A DNA stretch of 64,000 bases from an uncultured delta proteobacterium. GTDB lineage: Bacteria; Myxococcota_A; Polyangia; Polyangiales; Polyangiaceae. The stretch is from assembly GCA_963696385.1 (NCBI GenBank), contig CAVOKF010000006.1, positions 320,001-384,000 of the forward strand, given 5' to 3'. The first letter of the stretch is position 1; the number at the start of each line of letters is the position of its first letter. The notes under the pieces are model-generated. The model made no database searches. It worked only from the letters and a program-made list of their open reading frames with translations, and was not told the DNA's origin. Made by a program: the position numbers and the translations under genes. Below are positions 1 through 10,050 of the stretch, piece after piece.

Positions 1-353
1 CCCACGGGGTGCCCCAGCCGCGCGTAGGAGCTGCTCGAGGAACCGGCGGGATAGTGGACGCGAAGGACCGTGCCGAACCGGGCATCGGGGATGACCTCGA
101 CGTTGCTTTCGCCGAAGGCGAACCGCGCGCGAGGATCCCAGGTCGCGAGCCAGTTTGGATTGTCGAATCGGCCTCTCCAGATCATCGCCCGATCCGGGGG
201 GCATTCGACCGAAGTCGGCCGTACCCGATCGGGTGGGTTCGAAAGCAGGGCCGCGCTCGGCTTGCCCCCTCCGGGCGTGCAGCCGGCGAGGGCTGCAGCC
301 ATGCTGCCGGCGAGGGTCCGCCCCGTCGATCGTGGGCTGCCGAAGCACGTCAC
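1..353 (-). CDS. Lipoprotein with probable polysaccharide lyase (PL14-like) domain; partial, runs off the left edge
   Basis: Not in the ORF track (no stop in window). Manual translation from GTG at 353: ...MAAALAGC (lipobox)...FGTVLRVHYPAGSSSS; LRVxYPxGS is typical of PL14-like lyases. Starts just after the kinase stop at 366. Confidence 0.55.
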   Translation of the reverse strand, partial: MTCFGSPRSTGRTLAGSMAAALAGCTPGGGKPSAALLSNPPDRVRPTSVECPPDRAMIWRGRFDNPNWLATWDPRARFAFGESNVEVIPDARFGTVLRVHYPAGSSSSSYARLGHPV

Positions 354-365
354 GGCGGCTGCCGG

Positions 366-2105
366 TTACGGCGCGGCGTACGGGTCCTTCGCCTCGATCG
401 GTCGCAACGGCGCGTGGCCGCCGCTCAGAGCGACATCCGGCTCGCTGAGCGCGCTGGCGATGGGCCTTATCGCCTTCTCCGGCGGCGGCGCAGGCGCAGG
501 CGCAGCCGCAGGCGCTTCGGGCGCTGCGACCGGTGGGGTCGGCCGCGGCGGCGGCGGAGCCGCCGGAGGGCTTGGGGGCGCCGCGGGCCAGATATGGCGA
601 TCGAGCTCGAGGTCGACCATCGTGTCGGCCGTGAGGGTCACCTCTTTGGTCTTGGGCTCGTAGCCCCACGCGCGTGCGACGATCCGGTGCGTGCTTCGGT
701 CCTTGGGGTAGGAAGCGACAAACGGATTGTCCACGACCTTGTCGTCGATGGCGATTCGCGCGGTCGAGGGCGACACTCGGACGACGAGCTCGACCCGCTC
801 GGGTCCGGTCGGCGCAGGGGCGAGAGTGACAGCGGCAGGGGCATCGTTATGCGCCGTCACGGGGGGCGGCGCGATCTCCGGTGCAACGAGGGCCGTACTG
901 TCGTGTCCGTTGCGCTTTCCCACGGTAGCCAGGGTGGTCAGGGCGACTACGGCCGCGACCGCGACGGCGGCGGCGCTCGCGATCGAAAGCCATCGGCGCG
1001 TCGTGGCCGGCGATTTCGGTGTGTCCATCTTTGCACCCTCGGTGTCGTCGCCCTGACTGCCCAAAGCCAGGGACGTGAGCAGCTGGCTGCCCACTTCGGG
1101 CGTGTCTGCGGCAGAACTCGGCGGTGGAGCGGAGGGCGGTGCGCTGAGAGATGGCGGCCTTTCGCTCAGGCCCATGCGAAACGCCGGCGTCATCGACGCC
1201 GCCCGCTCGGCGACGATCCGCGCCCGCGGTGTCGCGAAAGGCAACAAGGCCGTCGCGAGCTCTCCCGCGCTCGAGAAGCGCTCTTCCCGATCCTTGGCCA
1301 GACAGCGATCGACCACCTGGTCGAGCTCCGCCGGCACGTCCGATCGAACGTCCCGAACCCGCGGCGCCGGCTTGTCGAGGATGGCCGTGATGAGCTCCGG
1401 CAGGCTCTGCGACGCGTCGAACGCCGCGTGTCCGACCAGCAGCTCGTAGAGCGTTGCGCCGAGTGACCACAGGTCGGTCCGCTGATCGACCGTTGCGGTC
1501 GCGCGCAGCTGCTCCGGCGACATGTAACAGGGTGACCCGATGATCACGCCGGTCGCGACGTTGCCCCCATCGGCAAAAGCGACTTTCGAGATTCCGAAAT
1601 CAAGAATCTTGATGGCATTCCAGCCGGGCGCGCGCTCGACCAAGAATAGATTATACGGCTTGATATCGCGATGAACGATTCTGCGCGAGTGAGCCTCTGC
1701 AAGACCCTCGCACGCCTGTATCGCGTACTCGACGGCGCTTGCCACGTCCAAGCGGCCGAGCGTTTGCAGCGTGCGCGCGAGGCTCTGGCCCTCGAGGTAC
1801 TCCATGGCCATGTAAGGCGTGCCGTCCTCGGTGGCGCCAGCATCGATCACGCGCGCGACGTACTCGCTCCGAAGCTGAGCCGCGGCCTTGGCTTCGCGCG
1901 TGAAGCGCGCGAGGGCGTCGAGCTGCATGTTGACCCCGCCGCGCAGGAATTTCAGCGCAACGGACTGTTCGAGATGCAGGTGCGTCGCCGCCACGACGAC
2001 GCCCATTCCACCTTCCGCCAGGATGCGGTCGATACGGTATTTGCCTGCGACGATACTTCCGATTTCGACAGCAAGCCGCGAACTAGCGTTAGCCATACGA
2101 TTCAC
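366..2105 (-). CDS. Hanks-type Ser/Thr protein kinase with TM helix and C-terminal PEGA-like domain
   Basis: EGGMGVV, VALK, HRDIKPYN, DFG, YMSPEQ and DLWSLG motifs; hydrophobic segment; ELVVRVSPSTARIAIDD PEGA-like region; Pro-rich tail. Confidence 0.95.
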   Translation of the reverse strand: MNRMANASSRLAVEIGSIVAGKYRIDRILAEGGMGVVVAATHLHLEQSVALKFLRGGVNMQLDALARFTREAKAAAQLRSEYVARVIDAGATEDGTPYMAMEYLEGQSLARTLQTLGRLDVASAVEYAIQACEGLAEAHSRRIVHRDIKPYNLFLVERAPGWNAIKILDFGISKVAFADGGNVATGVIIGSPCYMSPEQLRATATVDQRTDLWSLGATLYELLVGHAAFDASQSLPELITAILDKPAPRVRDVRSDVPAELDQVVDRCLAKDREERFSSAGELATALLPFATPRARIVAERAASMTPAFRMGLSERPPSLSAPPSAPPPSSAADTPEVGSQLLTSLALGSQGDDTEGAKMDTPKSPATTRRWLSIASAAAVAVAAVVALTTLATVGKRNGHDSTALVAPEIAPPPVTAHNDAPAAVTLAPAPTGPERVELVVRVSPSTARIAIDDKVVDNPFVASYPKDRSTHRIVARAWGYEPKTKEVTLTADTMVDLELDRHIWPAAPPSPPAAPPPPRPTPPVAAPEAPAAAPAPAPPPEKAIRPIASALSEPDVALSGGHAPLRPIEAKDPYAAP

Positions 2106-2144
2106 CGTTGCCGCGATTCACCGTTGCGCGATTAACCGTTGCGC
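2099..2144. repeat. Three tandem 15-16 bp copies of GATT(C/A)ACCGTTGC(C)GC overlapping the kinase start
   Basis: gattcaccgttgccgc gattcaccgttgcgc gattaaccgttgcgc read directly. Confidence 0.85.
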
Positions 2145-2173
2145 GGATCGGCCGCCACGCCCCGCCAACGATG

Positions 2174-2203
2174 GCTATACATCGATAGGTAGGGCGCTTG
2201 CAA
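2174..2203 (-). promoter_or_regulatory. Putative sigma70-type promoter TTGCAA-N18-TATAGC for kinase 366..2105
   Basis: Both boxes are conserved in the homologous region 13978..14006 while the spacers diverge. Confidence 0.5.
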
Positions 2204-2303
2204 GCATCGGTGACCCGTCGTCAGGCCCGATTCGCATTCGCCGAATTGGTGGGCCGACCGGCGGGGGTGTCGACATCTCGGCGGATGTGCTACTGATCCA
2301 CTC

Positions 2304-3884
2304 ATGGAGCAGGCAGGGTCACCGTCTCCTGCCGTCGTGGGCCAGATCATCGCGGGCAAATTCCGCATCGACCGCGTTTTGGCGGAAGGCGGCATGGGGC
2401 TCGTCGTTGCCGCCGTCCACCTTCATCTCGACCAAGTCGTCGCCATCAAGCTACCTCGTCGGGACATCTGCAGCGACGAAGAAGCGCTCGGTCGCTTCAC
2501 GCGCGAAGCGAAAGCGGCCGCGCAATTGAGGAGCGAGCACGTGGCGCGCGTGCTCGACGCCGGCGTCACCGAGGACGGAGGCCCCTATCTGGTCATGGAG
2601 TACCTCGAGGGCCAGAGCCTTGCCCGGCTGCTCGAGATGCACGGGCCCTTGGACGTGCCGACCGCCACCGAATACGCGATTCAGGTGTGCGAGGGTCTGG
2701 CCGAGGCCCACGCGCGCGGCATCGTGCATCGTGACGTCAAGCCCGGCAATCTCTTCCTCGTCGAGCGGGCTCCTGGATGGCATACGGTCAAGCTGCTCGA
2801 TTTCGGAATTTCGAAAGCTTCGTGGGTCGGGAAAGGCAATCTCGAGACGAGCATCATCATGGGCTCTCCCTGTTACATGTCTCCGGAGCAGCTGCGGTCG
2901 ACGGCTACGGTCGATCAACGCACCGATCTGTGGTCGCTCGGGGTCACGCTGTACGAGCTTCTGGCGGGGCGAAGCCCGTTCGACGGTGCCCAGCCGCTGG
3001 CCGATCTGTTCGTGACGATTCTCGAGCGGCCCGCGCCGAACCTCCGCGAGGTCCGTCCCGATGTCCCCGAAGCCCTCGCGGCGATCGTCGCGCGTTGCCT
3101 CGAGAGGGACCTCGACCAGCGCTTTCAAACCGCTGCCGAAGTCGCGAAGGCACTCGTCACGTTTGCGCCGGCGCGCGCCCGACACATCGCGTCGCGCGCC
3201 GAGTCGATGCCGGCCATCCTGCGCGGCCGCCACGCCGCCGCCGAACGCTCGGCACGCGCGCCGGGCGACGGGCCGGGCTCGGACCGCGACCGTCGGCCGG
3301 TGCCCGTCCCCGAGCCTCGCGGCAAGGAGCCGAGCGCCGTGAGCATCGTGCCCCCGGTGAGCTTTCGCATCACGGCCAAGGCGTGGCAGTCGACGTTGCT
3401 CGGTCCGCGGGCGGCCGCGATCGCGGCCTCGGGTGCCTTGATCCTTCTGGCCGTCGCGATCGTTGCGCGGCCCCGCACGAAACGCGAAAATCCGCACGCC
3501 GCGCTGGCGATGATTGCGGCAGCGCCCCCGTCCTCGGGTTCGGCTGCCGCTCCGGAAGCACGCCCGCTCCAGACGCCGCCATCCAACGAGCCGGTGGTCG
3601 CGCCGTCTGCGTCGCCGACGGTCCCGCTCGACAGCCCCGCCGTCGTGGGCGGCCCTGTTCGCGCGAGCGCCCCGACGATCGCCCTTCACGTCGCGGCGCC
3701 GCCGCCGCCCCCGCCACCGCCACGACGAGCGCCCCCTTCCGGTTTGGCGCCGACGCCGGTGACGGGTCGGGCCATAGCCGTACCGGCCCTCAAAACTCCG
3801 GTCGCTTCGCCGGAGATCGATCCCCGAGGTGGGCACGCGGTCCGGCGGCCCATCGAATCGAACAATCCTTACGCGACTCCGTAG
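2304..3884 (+). CDS. Hanks-type Ser/Thr protein kinase with TM helix; divergent paralog of 366..2105
   Basis: HRDVKPGN, DFG and GSPCYMSPEQLR motifs; shares LRATATVDQRTDLWSLG-like segment and C-terminal GGHAxxRPIExxxPY with the paralog. Confidence 0.95.
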   Translation: MEQAGSPSPAVVGQIIAGKFRIDRVLAEGGMGLVVAAVHLHLDQVVAIKLPRRDICSDEEALGRFTREAKAAAQLRSEHVARVLDAGVTEDGGPYLVMEYLEGQSLARLLEMHGPLDVPTATEYAIQVCEGLAEAHARGIVHRDVKPGNLFLVERAPGWHTVKLLDFGISKASWVGKGNLETSIIMGSPCYMSPEQLRSTATVDQRTDLWSLGVTLYELLAGRSPFDGAQPLADLFVTILERPAPNLREVRPDVPEALAAIVARCLERDLDQRFQTAAEVAKALVTFAPARARHIASRAESMPAILRGRHAAAERSARAPGDGPGSDRDRRPVPVPEPRGKEPSAVSIVPPVSFRITAKAWQSTLLGPRAAAIAASGALILLAVAIVARPRTKRENPHAALAMIAAAPPSSGSAAAPEARPLQTPPSNEPVVAPSASPTVPLDSPAVVGGPVRASAPTIALHVAAPPPPPPPPRRAPPSGLAPTPVTGRAIAVPALKTPVASPEIDPRGGHAVRRPIESNNPYATP

Positions 3885-3967
3885 ACGTCGCAATATGCTC
3901 TAACTTCGTACGATGTAGGAGGCGATCGAGCGTCGCTTGTCTGCCTTATCGATCGTAGCTTGTCGAG

Positions 3968-6022
3968 ATGGGTGGGCCACTCGATCGAGTGAAGTCGTTC
4001 GTCGCGCGGGCCATGGCCGTTCCCGCGATGAGCGATCCCGCGGATGCCATCTCGGCGTCGCTCGTGGCGCGCACGATCGATGTTCTTCTGGTCGGCGTGA
4101 TCGTGTTTTGGGCCGTGGCGGCTCTGGCCGGCAGGCTGCTCGACCTGAGCGTCGTCACGCTCTTGGCCGGGTTTGTCATGCTGATCGTGCTGCGGTGGCT
4201 TCTCGGTCGCGGTCACGTTCGGAGCGTTGGGTACGTCCTCTGCAGCCTGGGATGGCTGCTGGTGGGCACCGATCTGCAGCAGCACGGACCCGACACGATT
4301 GCCGTGGGCGGCTACGTCGTTCTGATTGTGGTCGGCGGGTTGACGCTCGGATTGCGCGGTGCCGTGGCGCTGACGGCAGCCACAGTGGCGCTGCTCGCTC
4401 CGTTTTTGCTCGGGGCCGTTCGGGGCGGGTTTGTCGTACCCACGGGTCGAGACCGACTCATCCATTACACGACCCAGCTCGTGCTGGCTGGAACGCTCGC
4501 CGGTTGGTGGGCCAGCCGGACTCGCCGCCTGATGACCGATCTGCGGCGATCGGAGATGCGCCGCGCGCTTCTCCTCGATGAATCGCCCGACTCGATCGTC
4601 AGCGCCGACGCCACCGGCGTGATGACGTTTCAGAACCGTGCGACCGTCCGCATGCTCGGCTATCCCGCCAGTGAGATCGTGGGTCGCCCCTGGTTCGAGC
4701 TGCCGCCGCTGCGTGGCATCGACGCGGGCGACCTCGCTTGCCAGTTCAGCCGGTGGGCGAAAAACGGCAACCTGCCGACCGAAGAGATCACGCTCTTGCA
4801 CAGGGACGGGCACCCGGTCGTCGTCGACGTGAAGGGCATGCCGCTCTACGAAGACGGCAAGATGGTCGGTTCCGTAGCGATTCTCCGCGACATCACGGCG
4901 CGCAAGAAGGCGGAGGCGGAGCGAGCGTCGCTCCAGCGACAGCTCGCAAGCGCGCAGCGGCTGGAAGCCGTGGGGCGGGTGGCGGGCGGCGTCGCGCACG
5001 ACTTCAACAATCTGCTCACCATCATCCTCGCGGCCGCGGACACGGGAGACTCCGCCGCGATGGATGACATCCGCGAAGCGGCTCGGCGTGGCGTTACGCT
5101 CACGCGCCAGTTGCTCACGTTCGGCGGGCGAAAGTCGAATGATCCGCGCCCGGTCGACATCCATCAGGCGATGCTCTCGCTCCGTCCGATGCTCGCGCGG
5201 GTTCTCGGCGCGGATGTGACACTCGATCTGCGCTTCGCGAAGGCGGTTGCCGCCGTCGTCATCGACCCGGGTCAGCTGGACCAGGTGCTCGTCAACCTGG
5301 CGGCCAATGCGCGCGATGCGATGCCGAGCGGAGGGACGCTCACGTTCGCGACCGAGTTGAAGGGCGATTGCGTCGAGCTGCAGGTCGCCGATACGGGGTC
5401 GGGGATGGACGCGACGACGTTGGCCTCGGCCTTCGAGCCCTTCTTCACGACCAAGGGAGATCGGGGCACGGGTCTCGGGCTCGCCGTCGTGCACAACATC
5501 GTCGAGCAGGCGCGCGGCACGATCGGCTGCACGAGCGAACCCGGTCGCGGTACGACCTTCACGCTCCGGTTGCCCATGAGCGACGCAGTCCCCCCGACAC
5601 CCGTGGCTCCGCCACGAAGCCTCGGTGCCCGCCCACAGCGCATCGTCTTGGTGGACGACGATGCGCTCGTGCGTCACGTCGTCGTTCGCGCCCTCAAGCG
5701 CGCGGGTTTCCAGGTGGACGCGTTCGATGGCGGCCAGGACGTTTCGGCGATCGAAGCGCGTCTCGACGGGGCGGATGCCTTGGTGACCGATCTGGTCATG
5801 CCGGGTACGTCGGGAGTCGATCTGGCCTTGGAGCTCCGCAGGCGGCACTGCCAGGTCCCCATCCTCATCGTGTCGGGGTACGCGGAGCACGCCCTGATCC
5901 GTCGCGTACGCGAGGTGCCGGGAGCGAGTTTTCTCGAGAAGCCATTCACCGCGCAAGACGTGGTCGACCGGGTCCTCGAGATCCGGCGCATGCGTGGCGC
6001 GATCGAGGTACGCCCAGGGTAG
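3968..6022 (+). CDS. Membrane-bound hybrid sensor histidine kinase (TM-PAS-HisKA-HATPase-REC)
   Basis: Several TM segments; PAS region; AGGVAHDFNNLL H-box; NARDAM, DTGSGM, FFTTK and GTGLGL boxes; receiver LVDDD...TDLVMP...KPF. Confidence 0.95.
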   Translation: MGGPLDRVKSFVARAMAVPAMSDPADAISASLVARTIDVLLVGVIVFWAVAALAGRLLDLSVVTLLAGFVMLIVLRWLLGRGHVRSVGYVLCSLGWLLVGTDLQQHGPDTIAVGGYVVLIVVGGLTLGLRGAVALTAATVALLAPFLLGAVRGGFVVPTGRDRLIHYTTQLVLAGTLAGWWASRTRRLMTDLRRSEMRRALLLDESPDSIVSADATGVMTFQNRATVRMLGYPASEIVGRPWFELPPLRGIDAGDLACQFSRWAKNGNLPTEEITLLHRDGHPVVVDVKGMPLYEDGKMVGSVAILRDITARKKAEAERASLQRQLASAQRLEAVGRVAGGVAHDFNNLLTIILAAADTGDSAAMDDIREAARRGVTLTRQLLTFGGRKSNDPRPVDIHQAMLSLRPMLARVLGADVTLDLRFAKAVAAVVIDPGQLDQVLVNLAANARDAMPSGGTLTFATELKGDCVELQVADTGSGMDATTLASAFEPFFTTKGDRGTGLGLAVVHNIVEQARGTIGCTSEPGRGTTFTLRLPMSDAVPPTPVAPPRSLGARPQRIVLVDDDALVRHVVVRALKRAGFQVDAFDGGQDVSAIEARLDGADALVTDLVMPGTSGVDLALELRRRHCQVPILIVSGYAEHALIRRVREVPGASFLEKPFTAQDVVDRVLEIRRMRGAIEVRPG

Positions 6023-6075
6023 ATCTCTATGGGCACGACACGCGCCACGCGGACGCGTATCGTGCGCGCACCCCC

Positions 6076-7221
6076 ATGACAGAGGACGTGATCGTCGTCG
6101 GCGCCGGCCCGGCCGGAGCGGCCGCCTCCATCGAACTTGCCCGGTCGGGAGCCTCCGTCGTCTTGCTCGAGGCGGATTCATTTCCGCGCGACAAGACGTG
6201 CGGCTCGGGACTGTCGCCGAACGCCATCGCTTTGGCGGATCGGTTCGGCATCGGCGAAGATCTGCGGCGTCGCGCGTATCCGATCGAGCAAGTCAAAATT
6301 GTCACGCCTGGCGGCCGCTCGATGGTGCTCGCTTCCAAGGCGGCCGCCGTCGTGTTGCTGCGACGCGACTTCGACGAGCTGCTCGTGCGGCGCGCTCAGG
6401 CTCTTGGAGCGAAGTTCCGCGACAACGTGCGCGCCGTGGCGCTCGTCTGCGAGGGCGATCGGGTCGTCGGCGTGCGCACGCGAGCGCACGAGGAGATCCG
6501 GGCGCGCTACGTCGTCTGCGCGGACGGGTCCCACTCGATCTTCTCCATCGATCCTCGGCCCAAGCGGAGCATCAGCACGCTCATGGGATGGTGGGAGGAC
6601 GCCGACTTCACGCCCGGCCAGCTCGAGATGGTCTTCGACTCCGAGCTCATGCCCCTTTACGGATGGCTATTTCCCGAGACCGAGCGGCGCGTCAACATCG
6701 GCATCTGCATGGAGGGGCAGGGCCCCGACGGCCGCAAGACGCCCCTCAACGTACGGCATGTCTTCGATCGGTTCATCGCGAGGCACTACGAAGGCCGTCT
6801 GCGCGGCGCTCGTCCGGTCGGCCGACTCAAGGGTCACCCGATCGTCTACACGCGTTGGGTCGACCGCTGTACCACGCCGGGAGCCCTTTACATCGGAGAG
6901 GCGGCGCGTCTGACGAACTACGCGACCGGCGAAGGAATCTCGCAGGCCATGCAGAGCGGTGTGTACGCCGCCGAGGCCCTGTCGCAAGCGCTCGGGGCAG
7001 AGCGCGACGAGCCGCGGGCGATGCGCGCGTACGTGCGCCGTTTGCGGACGCGCTTTGCGATCGAGCACGCCATCGCCGCGGGGGTCCGGGCGGCCGTCTC
7101 GTCGAGGCTCATCGACGGCGTCGCAGCGCTCTATGGGCACCCCACAGTCCGCCGTGCGGTCGTCCAGGTGCTCGGCTCCGCGCTCGCCGGTTCGTCGGTC
7201 CGTGCCTCGAACGACGGCTAG
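6076..7221 (+). CDS. FAD-dependent oxidoreductase, geranylgeranyl reductase family
   Basis: Start reassigned to ATG 6076 (MTEDVIVVGAGPAG). FPRDKTCGSG, ADG, YGWLFP and GEAA...GEGISQAM motifs. Confidence 0.88.
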   Translation: MTEDVIVVGAGPAGAAASIELARSGASVVLLEADSFPRDKTCGSGLSPNAIALADRFGIGEDLRRRAYPIEQVKIVTPGGRSMVLASKAAAVVLLRRDFDELLVRRAQALGAKFRDNVRAVALVCEGDRVVGVRTRAHEEIRARYVVCADGSHSIFSIDPRPKRSISTLMGWWEDADFTPGQLEMVFDSELMPLYGWLFPETERRVNIGICMEGQGPDGRKTPLNVRHVFDRFIARHYEGRLRGARPVGRLKGHPIVYTRWVDRCTTPGALYIGEAARLTNYATGEGISQAMQSGVYAAEALSQALGAERDEPRAMRAYVRRLRTRFAIEHAIAAGVRAAVSSRLIDGVAALYGHPTVRRAVVQVLGSALAGSSVRASNDG

Positions 7222-7260
7222 ACTTGGTCGCGCGAACGCGGCAAGCTGCCGGGCACCGAC

Positions 7261-8298
7261 ATGACCGTGATGCTGACCGGCGCCACGGGACACGTGGGCG
7301 CGAACCTCCTCCATTGCTTGCTGGGTCGGGGTGAGCGTGTACGCGTCTTGGTTCGGCCGGGGTCGCCTCGCGAGGCGATTCGCGGCGTGGACGTCGAAGT
7401 CGTCGAAGGCGATCTGCGCGACGTGTCGGCGCTCGGCCCAGCCCTGGTCGGATGCGATCGGGTCTACCATTGCGCCGCGAAGGTGCAGACCGTCCAGGGC
7501 GGCGAGGCCGAGCTCTTCGCGATCAACGTTCTTGGAACGCGCAATCTGCTGACCGCGGCCAAAAACGCGCATGCGCGACGGGTGGTCGTCACGAGTTCGC
7601 TCGGGGCGGTGGGCCATCCCGAGGCACGCCCGTGCAACGAGCAGGACCCGTTCAATCCCTTCGACCCTCACCTGCCCTACGAGGAATCGAAGGCGTGGGT
7701 CGAGCACGAGTGCCTGCGGGCGACGTGCGACGGCCTCGACGTGGTGATGGCGGTCTCCACCGCGGTGCTCGGGCCACACGACCATGGGCCTTCGCGCATG
7801 GGTCGCGTCATCGCCGACTTCGCGAACGGCGATCTGCGCGCAACCATCCCCGGCGGCTTCGAGTTCGTCTCCGCCGACGACCTCGCTCAGGGCCATGTGT
7901 TGTGCATGGACAAGGGCCGTCCGGGGCAGCGATACATCTTCAGCACGGAGTTTCTGACGATCGACACTCTCATGGAAATGCTCGAGCGCATCACGGGCCG
8001 ACGCCGCCCGGTTCGCCTTCCGCCCGCGCTGATGATGGGGATCGCACGGGTCTCGACGTGGGTCGTCGGGCGGCTGGCTCCCGATCGCCCGCTGCGATTC
8101 ACGCCCGATGCGGTGCGGCTGTTGCAAATGCAGCGGCGTGCAGACATCACTCGCGCCAAGACCGAGCTCGGATACGTTCCCACCTCCATCGAGAGCGCGG
8201 TGCGAAGGGCGTACGAATGGTTCGTGGCCAGCGGGCGCATCCGGAGCGCATCGGCACCGAAAATGTTGCCCCGTGAGGGCGAGAAGGAATCGTCATGA
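7261..8298 (+). CDS. NAD-dependent epimerase/dehydratase (extended SDR; 3-beta-HSD/HpnA-like)
   Basis: TGATGHVG nucleotide-binding motif, TSS and YEESK (YxxxK). Confidence 0.9.
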   Translation: MTVMLTGATGHVGANLLHCLLGRGERVRVLVRPGSPREAIRGVDVEVVEGDLRDVSALGPALVGCDRVYHCAAKVQTVQGGEAELFAINVLGTRNLLTAAKNAHARRVVVTSSLGAVGHPEARPCNEQDPFNPFDPHLPYEESKAWVEHECLRATCDGLDVVMAVSTAVLGPHDHGPSRMGRVIADFANGDLRATIPGGFEFVSADDLAQGHVLCMDKGRPGQRYIFSTEFLTIDTLMEMLERITGRRRPVRLPPALMMGIARVSTWVVGRLAPDRPLRFTPDAVRLLQMQRRADITRAKTELGYVPTSIESAVRRAYEWFVASGRIRSASAPKMLPREGEKESS

Positions 8299-9449
8299 CG
8301 CTCGTGCAGCTCTCGCGAAGGCCCGCGCCCGACTACGACCGCGCGACGACTCGTCGCCAAAAACAGCGGGCCGCGGGACTCCACCCCGACTATTGGTATC
8401 CGGCGTTGTGGGATCGCGAACTGGCGATCGGCGCCGTCTCGGAAGTCGTGTTTTGGAAGCACTCGATCGTCGTCTACCGCGGACAGGATGGCAAGGTACG
8501 GGCGCTCGAGAACCGCTGCGCGCATCGGCAGCTCAAGCTCTCGAAGGGCAACGTCGAGGAATGCCGGCTGACGTGCTCGTACCACGGCTGGAGCTACGAC
8601 GAGACGGGCAAGTGCGTGAGCATTTCGCATTCGCTTTTCGGACACAAGTTGCCGAATGTGCAGATCCGCTCGTATCCGGTGATGGTGCGCTACGGCATCA
8701 TCTTCGTGTTCCCGGGCGACGCCGATCGGGCACGTTCGACCGACATTCCCGACATCCCCGAGTGGGACGCGCGCAGTGGTTGGGGCAAGATCGCGATCGA
8801 CTTCACGTGGCGGGCGCACCACTCGATCATCATCGACAACACGTGCGACTTCACTCATGCGTACCTGCACCGCAATCGGCGGCCGTTCACCTATGCCGAG
8901 CTACGCCATCTCGAGACGGTCGGGGATGCGGTCGACCTCGAATACGAAACGCAGGTGGGCCAGGGGCGATTCTCGAAGTTCTTCGTGAACCGAAAGAAGA
9001 CGGACACCGATTCGATGAAGCTCGGCTACCGGTATCCGTACCAGTGGTCCTCGACCGGCGACAAGATCAAGCATTGGTGCTTCGTTCTGCCGATCGACGA
9101 GCGGACGACGCGTGTTTTCTTCCTGTTTTATTTCCATCCGGACACCGTCAAGATCCCTCTCGTGCCGCTGCGCGTCCCCGCGTGGTGCCTGCCGCCGATC
9201 ATGGGACTGGTCAAGGAGCTCATCGTGCGGCCGCTTCTCGAGGAAGATCGCGTCGCGGTCGAAGCCGAGCAAGAGGGGTATGAGGCGCACTTCGAGAGAC
9301 CGGTGCCGGATCTGAATCCCGTCGTGCACGCGTTCCAAGCGCTGACCATCAAAAAGTGGGAAGCTCATTTGGCCGCGCAGCCCGGCGGGCGGATGACCCC
9401 GCCGGCAGACGAGCAATCGGCCGTCTCGGAGACTGCGGCGCCCTGTTGA
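8295..9449 (+). CDS. Rieske non-heme iron oxygenase alpha subunit
   Basis: CAH...CSYHGW Rieske motif; NTCDFTHAYLH mononuclear iron motif; EED distal Asp; ATGA overlap with the SDR gene. Confidence 0.92.
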   Translation: MTLVQLSRRPAPDYDRATTRRQKQRAAGLHPDYWYPALWDRELAIGAVSEVVFWKHSIVVYRGQDGKVRALENRCAHRQLKLSKGNVEECRLTCSYHGWSYDETGKCVSISHSLFGHKLPNVQIRSYPVMVRYGIIFVFPGDADRARSTDIPDIPEWDARSGWGKIAIDFTWRAHHSIIIDNTCDFTHAYLHRNRRPFTYAELRHLETVGDAVDLEYETQVGQGRFSKFFVNRKKTDTDSMKLGYRYPYQWSSTGDKIKHWCFVLPIDERTTRVFFLFYFHPDTVKIPLVPLRVPAWCLPPIMGLVKELIVRPLLEEDRVAVEAEQEGYEAHFERPVPDLNPVVHAFQALTIKKWEAHLAAQPGGRMTPPADEQSAVSETAAPC

Positions 9450-9482
9450 ACGGTACCCCGCTACGCTGGGTACGCCTGCGTT
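9447..9482. repeat. Dispersed palindromic REP-like element, family A copy 1
   Basis: Reverse complement aacgcaggcgtacccagcgtagcggggtaccg matches 39008..39039 at 29/32 positions. Confidence 0.75.
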
Positions 9483-9498
9483 GCAGGCTGGCGCTGTA

Positions 9499-10050
9499 CT
9501 AAAGAGCGATCCGCGAGGCTCGGGTCAGAGTGAGGGCCCTTCCGTGATCCTGGCCGATGGTGCGCACGATCGCCTCGGCGATGGGTTCGATGTCCGAGCG
9601 ACGCTCGCGGAGCGCAGGCACATGTATGCCGAGGACGTTCAGGCGGTAGTAGAGGTCGTCACGCAGGCGCTTCCCTTGGACGAGTTCGCGGCGTCGATTT
9701 TACCTTCAATTCGCCGGACGGCGGTGCTGTGCGCGCCCTTTTCGGCACCGAACAGCTCGCTCTCGACGAGCGTCTCCGGTATCGCGCCGCAATTCACGTC
9801 CACGAAAGGGTGTTTGGCGCGAGGCGAGCTCTCGTGCAGCGCGCGTGCGAATGCCGATTTGCCGGTGCCGCTCTCCCCTGTGAAGAGCACCGGAAGCGGC
9901 ACCTTTTTGGCGACTGTGAGGAGCCGGAAGACCTCCACGAGCGCGCGGCTTCGCCCCGCGATCCGCCCCACCTCGAGGCGTGCTCGCAGAGCGCCCGTAT
10001 AGTCCGACTCCGCGGAGGCATCTTCTCGCGCCAGGAGCGAGGCATCAAGT
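9499..10050 (-). pseudogene. Decayed sigma54-dependent enhancer-binding protein (AAA+ remnant)
   Basis: Frame 1: TGESGTGKS...VNCGAIPETLVESELFGAEKGAHSTA...GKIDAA. It jumps to another frame, ELVQGKRLRDDLYYRLNVLGIHVPALRERRSDI, and stops at 9499. Walker B region and HTH are missing; 5' limit approximate. Confidence 0.85.

Noticed and set aside
3869..6181. Long antisense ORFs (also 9..1466, 14237..16054, 17429..19054, 56776..58650 and others)
   Set aside because: Shadow ORFs of high-GC coding strands; Arg-rich with no motifs.
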